From contig CAVVOB010000032.1 of NCBI GenBank assembly GCA_963749655.1, positions 64,603-128,602 of the forward strand: a stretch of 64,000 nt of DNA, in the 5' to 3' direction. Positions 53,714 to 64,000 of the stretch are shown here, in pieces. Position numbers and translations under genes: made by a program. This stretch comes from Nitrospirota bacterium. Its GTDB lineage: Bacteria > Nitrospirota > UBA9217. The notes beneath the pieces were generated by a model that ran no database searches, was not told the DNA's origin, and saw nothing but the letters and a program-made list of their open reading frames with translations. Positions within the stretch are counted from its first letter, which is position 1; every line of letters begins with the position of its first letter.

Positions 53714-53744
53714 CAGGACGTACCAGCTATGCTGTGATTTAATA

Positions 53745-54900
53745 CTACTTCTTCCAGTTCGTGTCAAGGCCGCAGAGAACGGCGTTCTTGTCGCCGAGAC
53801 CCATGCCCTTGTGGCAGCCGAGGCAGACCGAGGTGGCCTTGTCGGACAACTTTCTTCGCGTCAACATCATAGAACATGAGCGTGCCGTCGGTGATGTCAA
53901 CGCCCTTGCCCTCTTTTACGATCGCCTTGCCGTCGGCATCGCAGCCGGCAGTGACGGTGCGCACCGTCAGCATGGCATATTTATCGTCAGGCGTGGTCTG
54001 TGCATCGTGGATCTGGTTCCCGGCCGGCATCATCTTCTCGTCGATCAGGGTCAGGGTCTTTGCATCGAGGACCCAGAGACGGTCGCCTGCAGACTGATAG
54101 ATGCGCGTACCGTCGTTCGAGAAGTACTGGCGGAAGGTGATGGTCTTGTCCGGCGCGCCCTTCAGCGTGTTCTTGGCGATCTTCTTCATCTTGCCCTTTT
54201 CGAGCGATGCCATATCAACCAGGATAAAGTCGATATCGCCGTTGCCCTTGCCGTTCCTGTTGCCTGATTGATGACCAGGAGGAAGGTCTTCATGTCAGGA
54301 GAATTGATGCCGTGCGTGAATTTGTACGTCCCCTTTTCATAGCCCAGGTCGCTCACCCATACCCGCTCCTTGTGTTTCATCGTGGCCTTGTCAAAAACAT
54401 CAACATAGCCTTCCTGGCCCATGAACACCGGCATGTAAATACTTGCTGCTCTGGCCGGATGCGCAATAGAGCGGCGGCTTCGAGCCACCGGCGCTTCGGC
54501 ATCAGGGGTCATGGCAACATCCATGATCACGTTGCCGGTTTTGAGGTCGGACTTGCCGACATGCTGCTTGCCCTTCGGGTCAAGAACATAGGTTGACCAG
54601 AACATGGTGTTCGAATCGTTCGCATCGATCCGTGCATCATGGGTCGGATGGGTCTTCTTGTCCCCGATGACCATGCGGTCCAGGTTCGTCGACCTTGATC
54701 GGCTCATTTTCATTGCTCGGGTCGATGGTCACATCGGCCTTGGCAAAATGGCCGCCCATGCCGGCAACGTATACGGTGGCGGAGTAGGTGGGACCGGCGG
54801 CTACGGCAACCGGCGCCTTGGAGCCCACGGTGGAAAAAGTGAGGTAGCTGAAACACACAACGGCCAGAAGCAGCATCACTACTGCAATTCTTTTCATCAT
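53745..54900 (-). CDS. Exported beta-propeller protein with C-terminal CxxCH (frameshifted)
   Basis: ORFs 54637..54900, 54186..54713 and 53764..54213 plus re-framed end DKATSVCLGCHKGMGLGDKNAVLCGLDTNWKK*; SPD/SND/TPD blade turns. Confidence 0.75.
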
Positions 54901-55086
54901 AACATCCCCCGTTCTTTTGTTGTTATTCAGTCGTTGTTTCTTTCAGACACTGGCATTCCGAAACAGATCTATCGGCTTATTTTTTGCGACCACCCCCTTT
55001 TCAAAGCATAATCACCTGAATACTGGTGCATCAAGCTAACATACTTGGTCCTGATGCGTCAACGTCAAATTGAAATTTGGGATACC

Positions 55087-55578
55087 TTATCGGCGGCCGG
55101 CGGCAGCGCCATAGGCCGGCACCACCGTCACCGGCACGGATATGACGCCGGACTTTTTGAAGGTAAGGACCATCGTAAACCTGTCTCCCGCTTTGATATC
55201 CTTCGGCAGACGAAAAACCATGATATGTTGTCCGAACGGCCGCAACCGGGCAGTCTCCCTGGGACGGACCAGGATGGCGTCCGTTTTCACCATCTTGCCG
55301 TCCTGCATGTCGTGGAGCTCGACAACTGCCGACGGGATATCGAGCCGGGCGCTGATCAGCGAATCAGCACCGGGACCGGAATTCGCAATTTCCATGAACA
55401 CCGATGCCGATCCGATTATAATGGGAGAAAGCAGCGCTTCTGCCGTCCTGACCTCGAGGACGGGATCACCGGATTTACACCCGATGAGGTGCGGCAGAGA
55501 CGCCGCAAACAGGAACATCAGGAACGGGAAGATCACCCTCGAACTTTGCGGGCGGACGGAGGGGATGCTATTTCGCAC
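55087..55578 (-). CDS. Copper chaperone PCu(A)C family (possible lipoprotein)
   Basis: FMEIANSG..D.L, VELHDMQDGKM, LRPFGQHIM, LTFKKSG. Confidence 0.88.
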   Translation of the reverse strand: MRNSIPSVRPQSSRVIFPFLMFLFAASLPHLIGCKSGDPVLEVRTAEALLSPIIIGSASVFMEIANSGPGADSLISARLDIPSAVVELHDMQDGKMVKTDAILVRPRETARLRPFGQHIMVFRLPKDIKAGDRFTMVLTFKKSGVISVPVTVVPAYGAAAGRR

Positions 55579-56281
55579 CCTTGCCTCCGGCCGGGACCGA
55601 CGCGGACTCGACTTTCTGTACCCTGCTCATGACTTCCATTGCCCAGGACGTGCCCTGGAGCTTTTCGAGCACTTCCTTGTATTTCTTCTGTGCTTCCGGA
55701 ACATTGCCCGAAGCTTCGTAAAGGCGGGCCACTTCGACAGTCGCGGCGCCGGGGCCGTTCAGCGTCTCGGCTTTTTCAAAAGCCTTAATCGCGTCATCCT
55801 GTCTTCCCATGTTTTTATACGTATAACCGAGCCGTTGATAGACGAGTCCGAGCAGGAATTTCTGTCCGTCGTAGGCTTTGAGGAACGACTCGTATTCGGC
55901 GACAGCCTGATCAGGATGGCCGAGATTCACCAGACAATTTCCTGCGTAATACTGGGCGATGGCGCCGCTTACGGTATTGGGATATTTTTTTCGGACATCG
56001 CGAAAGAGTTCAAGGGCCTTCTGATAATCGGGGCCCGCAGCGCCTGACCGGCCATAGGCTTCAAAGGCAGCGGCAACGAGGGGGGATGCTTTCTGTTCCT
56101 GCTGCGAGCGAACGATCGAGTACACGGCCCCTATTACCACGACGGCCGCGATGATCGCCAGTGCGAGGCTGATCGCCTTGCGGTACGGGGACAGCGCGCT
56201 GGAGACGGTGTGCGCAATCGTCAAAATCTCCTGCTCCTGCTGTTTTGGTGAAGCATATCCCCTTTTCTTTATGGTGGGCAT
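55568..56281 (-). CDS. Membrane-anchored TPR protein (YfgM-like)
   Basis: Single TM followed by TPR helices (KYPNT..AQYYAG). Confidence 0.8.
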   Translation of the reverse strand: MPTIKKRGYASPKQQEQEILTIAHTVSSALSPYRKAISLALAIIAAVVVIGAVYSIVRSQQEQKASPLVAAAFEAYGRSGAAGPDYQKALELFRDVRKKYPNTVSGAIAQYYAGNCLVNLGHPDQAVAEYESFLKAYDGQKFLLGLVYQRLGYTYKNMGRQDDAIKAFEKAETLNGPGAATVEVARLYEASGNVPEAQKKYKEVLEKLQGTSWAMEVMSRVQKVESASVPAGGKGAK

Positions 56282-56413
56282 TTCGACAAACCTCCCTTGA
56301 ATTAAGATAATGTGCATTCCGGAGCATATATTCCCTGCACCGTGCTGAGGAGCAGCGCCTTCCTGATCGGGATTCCTGATTGATACGCCCGGCTGCAGAC
56401 GGATTTGATTTCG

Positions 56414-57076
56414 TTATTTTGAAACGGTTGACTTCGCCCGGGCAGCGAGCTCGCGGGAATTCCGCAAGACCGCGTCGATCCGCGCATGATCCAGGCCGGC
56501 GCCGAGCAGTACGCTCAGGGCGAACTCGTCGGTGATCAGGTCGCCCGGCTCATGGGTATCGGTATCGATCACTAGCTTTGCTCCTGTTGCCGTTGCTATG
56601 GCTGCCACGTGGCCGTTCGACAGGCTATGGCCTTTTCGGGACGTGATTTCCAGATGAACGCCTTTTTCAGCAGCGAGCGCGGCCTCCTCGCGCGTAATGA
56701 GGCCGGGATGGGCGAGGATGTCCACCTGCGCTTCGATGGCCGCCCGGTTCGTCCCCGGATGGACCGGTTCCACCAGCGTCTCGCCGTGGGCCACAACGAT
56801 TGCTGCGCCCAGGGAACGGGCCCGCTGCGTCAGATCGCCGAAGGTCTCCGGCGGGATATGCGTGAGCTCGATGCCCGGAAGAGCAACGATTTTCCAGGTC
56901 CGGCTCAGCTCCCGGCACGCGGCAGCCACGCGGGGAATGATGAAGTCGAGGTTCGATGAGTCGGCATGGTCGGTGACGGCGATGACCTCGTAGCCTTTCA
57001 TCACCGCGCGCCGTACGAGTTCCGACGGGACCAGAACGCCGTCGCTGAAGAGTGAGTGAGTATGCAGATCTATCAT
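56414..57076 (-). CDS. PHP-domain hydrolase (histidinol phosphate phosphatase-like)
   Basis: DLHTHSLFSDG, TDH, GIELTH, HGET, AHPG, DTH. Confidence 0.9.
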   Translation of the reverse strand: MIDLHTHSLFSDGVLVPSELVRRAVMKGYEVIAVTDHADSSNLDFIIPRVAAACRELSRTWKIVALPGIELTHIPPETFGDLTQRARSLGAAIVVAHGETLVEPVHPGTNRAAIEAQVDILAHPGLITREEAALAAEKGVHLEITSRKGHSLSNGHVAAIATATGAKLVIDTDTHEPGDLITDEFALSVLLGAGLDHARIDAVLRNSRELAARAKSTVSK

Positions 57077-57154
57077 GATGACTCCTGACGGTAAAGTGAA
57101 GCATGAGAAGAAAAACGTGCAGCATCACCCGTTTCACCTCTCATCTTTGATATT

Positions 57155-58114
57155 TCACGCAGGATACCGTTTCCCCTGGAAACTTCCGCGCTCTTCGAGG
57201 CGGGCGTCGAGGTCGTTCAGGAATTCGCTGCGCGTCTTGTTCCAGACCGGCGCGACGAGGATCTCTCCGGGGGAAGCGGCGAAAAGCCTCTGGAGCACGA
57301 TTGCGGGGGAAAGCCGCTCCAGAAAATCCGCGAGGATCTCGATGTACTCGTGATACCCGAAGGTTGCAAAATGCCGCTCGGCATAGAGATCGGCAAGCGC
57401 CGTGTCCTTCACGACCTGAAGCTGGTGGATCTTGAGAAACTCAAGGGGCTGGCCGGACAGCTCCCCGGCCATTGCCAGCATTTCATCTCGCGTCTCCGTT
57501 GGAAAACCCAGGATGAGGTGCGCGCCGACCCTGATCCCCCGGCCTGCGGTCATGGCAAGCGCATTCTTGAAACAGGCATAATCGTGTCCGCGGTTGACGA
57601 AAGCAAGGGTCTTGTCGTAGATCGACTGGAGCCCGTATTCTACGAGGATGAAATGATCGCGGCTGAGCGTTTCGAGGAGGGCGATCTTTTCCGCGTCAAC
57701 GCAGTCCGGTCGTGTGCCGATGGCCAGTCCCACCACGCCGGGATTGTCGAGCGCCTCGTAATAGAGCCGCTCAAGGACGTCGACGGAGGCATAGGTGTTC
57801 GTGTAGGGCTGGAAGTAGACGATGAACTTCTCCGCGCCGTACCGCGACTGGAGGTAGGGGATCCCCTTCCGGATCTGCTCCCGCAGCGGCACGCCGCTCT
57901 CGCACGCCGAAGGTCTGAAACTGTCGTTGTTGCAGTAAATGCATCCACCAGTTGCAATGGATCCGTCGCGGTTCGGGCAGGTAAAACCGGCGTCGACGTT
58001 CACCTTGTACACGGGAACGCCGTAGAGGTCCTTCATGTACTGACCGAAGGCCTTGTAGCGCCGCGTAGCGGTCTTTTTGTCGGTGATCTCTGCTACTTTC
58101 ATAGGGGTTGTCAC
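57155..58114 (-). CDS. TIGR01212/YhcC-family radical SAM protein
   Basis: DAGFTCPNRDG..GGCIYC, YFQPYTNTY, GTRPDC, NRGH, KIHQL. Confidence 0.92.
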   Translation of the reverse strand: MTTPMKVAEITDKKTATRRYKAFGQYMKDLYGVPVYKVNVDAGFTCPNRDGSIATGGCIYCNNDSFRPSACESGVPLREQIRKGIPYLQSRYGAEKFIVYFQPYTNTYASVDVLERLYYEALDNPGVVGLAIGTRPDCVDAEKIALLETLSRDHFILVEYGLQSIYDKTLAFVNRGHDYACFKNALAMTAGRGIRVGAHLILGFPTETRDEMLAMAGELSGQPLEFLKIHQLQVVKDTALADLYAERHFATFGYHEYIEILADFLERLSPAIVLQRLFAASPGEILVAPVWNKTRSEFLNDLDARLEERGSFQGKRYPA

Positions 58115-58278
58115 CGCGAAAAACGGGACCGGAGCGTCCGCTTCAAGCTGCTGCAGATGCGTTCCTTCCGGCCTGCAGGTGACTACTCACTATACCAGAG
58201 GCAAAATAAAAAATCCAGAAGGGAATTGAGCCGGGGCTTCCCCGAACCGATCGGAGCGAGCCCTGCGAGGTCGAGGCA

Positions 58279-58614
58279 TCAGAGGTCAGCGTACTTGCGC
58301 ACCGCCTCTACAGTGATCAGGACCGCACCGAGCAGAAGGATGATCATAAAGACTTGCGGCGTCCCGAAGCTCTTCGACAAGGCCAGTTGGAGCGTGGTTG
58401 CCAGGGACAACGATGAAGCGATGATGACTTCGGCTACAACGAGTTTTTTCGGGACGACCCATTTTAGATCCACTGTCTGGATCAGGAGAAGGACCAAGCC
58501 GAGGACAAAGGACGTTCCCGCAGCGTCCTTGCTCGCAATCGTGCTCACCAGGATAAGCACGATCCCCAGATTGATCATGATGTTTTTCATCAGCTCCGCA
58601 TTTTTTTCAGCCAT
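58279..58614 (-). CDS. Small 4-TM hypothetical membrane protein
   Basis: Four hydrophobic segments; GGAGG RBS. Confidence 0.7.
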   Translation of the reverse strand: MAEKNAELMKNIMINLGIVLILVSTIASKDAAGTSFVLGLVLLLIQTVDLKWVVPKKLVVAEVIIASSLSLATTLQLALSKSFGTPQVFMIILLLGAVLITVEAVRKYADL

Positions 58615-58722
58615 TTCCCTCCCCTTTCACGTAAAAGTCGCGGACAGGCGCCGCCAAAGTCAGCGCAAGTATACCTGTGGTCGAGAAGAGCGTCAACAGG
58701 ATATTCACCGGTAAAGAACGTC

Positions 58723-59175
58723 CTATCGAGTCCATATCGCCGTCCTGCCTATGAGCGAAATGCCGATAAAACCCCTCAAATCAAGCTGCTTTGTTGATAC
58801 CAGGGTCATCTTTCCGCTGTAGGTCTTGCCGCTCTTGGGGTCATAGACCTTTCCGTCCACCCATTTGTTTGCGCTGTCGTAGACGAAGTCGTGCACGATG
58901 ACCAGTCCCAGGATCGGCGTGCTTTGGAGCTTCGGATCGGGGTTCTTATGGTCGAGCTTGGGGGTCCCCGGCGTCCCGTCCTTCGATCCTTCGGGGTAGT
59001 CCGGGACCTTCAGCGACACGATCTTTCCGCAGTACCTCTCTCCGCATTTGTAGATCTCGATCTTAGCGTCCTTCTCCTGGTTGTCCCAGACGCCCAGCAC
59101 ATCATCGCCCGTTGCGGCAGATACGAACGATGCGGTCAGGAGCATAGCCAGGATTATGATTCCATGTTTGATCAT
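58723..59175 (-). CDS. DUF2147 exported protein
   Basis: G.W, IEIYKCG..CGKI, D.KNPD, GKVYDPKSGKTY, LRGFIG..GRT..WTR. Confidence 0.9.
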   Translation of the reverse strand: MIKHGIIILAMLLTASFVSAATGDDVLGVWDNQEKDAKIEIYKCGERYCGKIVSLKVPDYPEGSKDGTPGTPKLDHKNPDPKLQSTPILGLVIVHDFVYDSANKWVDGKVYDPKSGKTYSGKMTLVSTKQLDLRGFIGISLIGRTAIWTR

Positions 59176-59200
59176 GACTCACCTCGCATTGACATAATGG

Positions 59201-59629
59201 TTAGAGCTCTTTTGAGAAAAGGACTGCTCTTTTTTCGAATCCCGCTTTTTCATAAAACCGGTGCGTTTCTTCACGGTGAAATGCGGAATCCAGCTCAATG
59301 CGTCTGCAGCCCCGCTGCCGGGCCATATCGATGATCGTGCCCAGCAACGCAGTGCCGATCCCCCGTTTGCGAACCGTTTCATCAACGACCATCTCCGAAA
59401 GCATGCCGAGGCGCGCCTCCTGCCAGAGGCTGTTTCTGATTGCAAGGGAGCAGAAGCCCGCAATGGCATTATCGATCTCAGCGCACAGATAGATCTCATC
59501 CGGAGACGGGAGCGCGCGGTTCATTACAGTCTTCAGCGCCCTTTTATCCTGCTTTTTATCAGGCCAGAGCTGCTGAAGCAGTCTGCATATCCCTTCGAAA
59601 TCATCCAAAGTCGCGGTTCGTATTCTCAT
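59201..59629 (-). CDS. GNAT N-acetyltransferase
   Basis: IRTAT..D, VVDETVRKRGIG..LL, FYEKAGF. Confidence 0.88.
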   Translation of the reverse strand: MRIRTATLDDFEGICRLLQQLWPDKKQDKRALKTVMNRALPSPDEIYLCAEIDNAIAGFCSLAIRNSLWQEARLGMLSEMVVDETVRKRGIGTALLGTIIDMARQRGCRRIELDSAFHREETHRFYEKAGFEKRAVLFSKEL

Positions 59630-60461
59630 TTCAATAAATTCCTCACCGTCTTCATATTCCTCGGATCGTCCTCTTCCGTTTCCTTCGGCGTTTCCATGAT
59701 CTTGGGCACGTCCTTAAACGCGGGATGGTTCAGAAGAACCTTGAACCCGTCGAGACCGATCTTGCCGTCGCCGATGTGCCAGTGCCGGTCCACGCGGGAG
59801 TTGAAATCACGGAGGCAGTCGTTCAGATGCATACCCTTCAACCGGTCAAGCCCCACCGTGCTATCGATCTTTTTCGCAAGAGCGTCCACCGATTGCTTCG
59901 TCCTGATGTCGTATCCCGCTGCGAAACCATGGCACGTATCATAGCAGATGCCGATCTGTCCGGCGTCGCTCAGACGGGCGATCACTTCCTGCACCTGTTC
60001 GAGCTCGAATCCGATGTCGCCTTTTTCTCCGGCTGTGTTCTCGAGCAGGATGACCGCTTTCGGTTCGTGCACTTTCATGGCCATGTTCAGGGCCGATGCT
60101 ACACGGTCCATCATCCATACAGGCTCCTGCCCGCTGGCTGATCCGAGATGGGTCACCAGATATTCGGCGCCGAGCGCTTCCGTGCGCTCCAGGTCGATGA
60201 CGAACTGCTCTATGGACCGCTCATACAGGTCCGGCTTTGATGATGCCAGATTGATGAGATAGTTCGTATGAACGAAGACCGGGCCGATGTCCCACTTTTC
60301 GCGGAGGCTTCTGAATTCGGCGATGTCCGCCTTGTCGAGCGGTTTTACGGTCCATCCGCGCGGATTCCTGCTGAAGATCTGCATGCAGGTGCAGCCGAGC
60401 TCGTAGGCGCGTTCGACGGACTTTGAGAAACCGCCGGAGATGGAGACGTGAAAACCGAGCC

Positions 60462-60465
<4 letters not shown>
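59626..60465 (-). CDS. nfo: Endonuclease IV
   Basis: GFHVSISGG, HTNYLINL, LENTAG, DTCH, HLND, DRH, ETP. Confidence 0.96.
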
Positions 60466-62518
<2,053 letters not shown>

Positions 62519-62520
62519 TT

Positions 62521-62555
62521 AAACTGCAGACTCGAGACTGGAAACTGGAAACTCG
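62521..62555. repeat. Heptamer tandem tract
   Basis: AAACTGC AGACTCG AGACTGG AAACTGG AAACTCG. Confidence 0.8.
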
Positions 62556-62558
62556 ATC

Positions 62559-63929
62559 TTACTCCTCCAACTGATAATCCTTGATCTTCGTGAGGAGCGT
62601 CTTGTAGCTCACCTGGAGGACCTCGGCTGCCCGGGTCTTGTTCCCGCCCGTCTGTTTCAGTACCTGCCTGATCCTGCGCGACTCGGCAATGCGGGTGGCG
62701 GCTGCGGCAATTTCCTGGAGCGGGCCGTCCATGGGCACGTGCTCCGACAGCGCGTCAAGAATGCTCGTTTCACTGATGCCGAGGTCCTGGCTTCGGATCA
62801 TCCCGCCGTCGGCGTAGATCACCGACCGCTCGATCACGTTCTCCAGCTCGCGAACGTTCCCCTTCCACGGCGACTTCATGAGGATCTCCATGGCGTCGTC
62901 GGCGAACGTGAGCGGCCCTTTTCTGACCTCCTGACAATACTTGTTCAGGAAATGCTGCGCCAGGGCGGGGATGTCGTCGCGCCGCTCCCGGAGCGGAGGG
63001 ATCGTGATGGGAAATACGTTCAGGCGGTAAAAGAGGTCTTCGCGGAACAGCCTGGCCGTGACCGCCTTTTCGATGTCCTTGTTGGTCGCCGCCACGACGC
63101 GCACGTCGATCCGGATCGGCTTGCTTCCGCCGACCCGCTCGATCACCTGTTCCTGAAGCACGCGCAGCATCTTGGCCTGGAGCGCGAGGTCCATGTCGCC
63201 GATCTCGTCGAGGAAGACCGTGCCTTTGTCGACAAGTTCGAGCTTCCCGATCTTCCGCGCATCGGCCCCGGTGAAGGCCCCCCGCTCGTAGCCGAACAGT
63301 TCACTTTCGAGCAGCTCCCGGGGAATGGCAGCGGAATTGATCGCGAGAAACGGCGCTTCCTTGCGGCTGCCGAGATAATGAATGGCCCGCGCGAAGAGCT
63401 CCTTGCCGGTGCCGCTTTCACCGTGAATGAGAACGGTCGCGTTCGTGGGAGCCACCTTCTGGATCTTTGCCGTGATCTCCTGCATCTGGCTGCTCTTGCC
63501 GATGATCGTGGGCATGCCGAGCCGGTCCGCGAATTCCTCGCGGAGGAGGATGTTTTCCGCGGCGAGCCGGGTCGCATCCAGCGCCCTGGCGATGAGCACG
63601 AGCAAATGACCGGTGTCGAAGGGCTTTGTCAAAAAATCGTAGGCGCCTTCCTTGACAGCCCGAACAGCCGTCTCGATCGTGCCGAAGGCCGTCATCACTA
63701 TCACCGGCAGAAGGGAGTTCTCCTGCTTCGCGGCCTTCAGCACGTCAAAGCCGTCCTTCTTCGGGAGCTTGAGGTCCGTAAGAACGAGATCGATCCGCTC
63801 GCTGGAAAGCTTTTTGATCCCCTCGGCGCCGTCCCTGGCAGACAGCACCTGGTACCCTTCGCCCTCCAGGGTCTGCTTGAGCATGTCGCGCATGCTGTCC
63901 TTGTCTTCTATGATCAGGATGATATCCAT
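62559..63929 (-). CDS. NtrC-family sigma54-dependent response regulator
   Basis: REC + GESGTGKE, GAFTGA, REDLFYRL, WKGNVREL + Fis HTH. Confidence 0.93.
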   Translation of the reverse strand: MDIILIIEDKDSMRDMLKQTLEGEGYQVLSARDGAEGIKKLSSERIDLVLTDLKLPKKDGFDVLKAAKQENSLLPVIVMTAFGTIETAVRAVKEGAYDFLTKPFDTGHLLVLIARALDATRLAAENILLREEFADRLGMPTIIGKSSQMQEITAKIQKVAPTNATVLIHGESGTGKELFARAIHYLGSRKEAPFLAINSAAIPRELLESELFGYERGAFTGADARKIGKLELVDKGTVFLDEIGDMDLALQAKMLRVLQEQVIERVGGSKPIRIDVRVVAATNKDIEKAVTARLFREDLFYRLNVFPITIPPLRERRDDIPALAQHFLNKYCQEVRKGPLTFADDAMEILMKSPWKGNVRELENVIERSVIYADGGMIRSQDLGISETSILDALSEHVPMDGPLQEIAAAATRIAESRRIRQVLKQTGGNKTRAAEVLQVSYKTLLTKIKDYQLEE

Positions 63930-64000
63930 GCTTCGTTGTTGATGATGCCTCTCTATTTTAGAGATTGCGCGCTCTCTGCACGAGGAAGGAACGGGGTCAG

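Noticed and set aside
57350-58714. 454-aa plus-strand ORF
   Set aside because: Antisense to the radical SAM and membrane protein genes

Overview
A 64-kb stretch of core chromosome from a moderately GC-rich anaerobic diderm bacterium. Gene order and protein style suggest Nitrospirota or Desulfobacterota (inference). Most genes are on the minus strand. Contents in order: heme/tetrapyrrole operon (ccsA-like, hemA, hemC, cobA/hemD, HesB-like, hemB), lolE/lolD, lysS, purC, CorC-type protein, UbiD-family decarboxylase, type IV pilus cluster pilB-pilT-pilC-pilS-pilR, aroE, DUF512 radical SAM, pgsA, tRNA-Thr(CGT), polA, tamB, glnD, mazG, an M6 protease, rqcH, queE, mltD, a PAS hybrid kinase, nfo, ligA and a sigma54 regulator. 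About a dozen genes, including essential ligA and lolD/E, are split by small indels that are most likely read or assembly errors. Best candidates for new biology: (1) a putative copper module at 51.8-55.6 kb. It contains a PCu(A)C chaperone, an exported beta-propeller with His/Cys at successive blade starts and a C-terminal CxxCH hidden by frameshifts, and a Cys-Cys MacB-type ABC transporter. (2) A probable sigma54-driven operon, ComFB + NHL propeller + 12-heme cytochrome. The cytochrome's N-terminal third resembles the Geobacter nanowire cytochrome OmcE, and it carries CX17CH and CX5CH motifs. (3) Families of 7-, 9- and 10-nt-period intergenic repeats, including a near-identical 41-bp copy 44 kb away. 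No database searches were run, so family calls come from recognised motifs.
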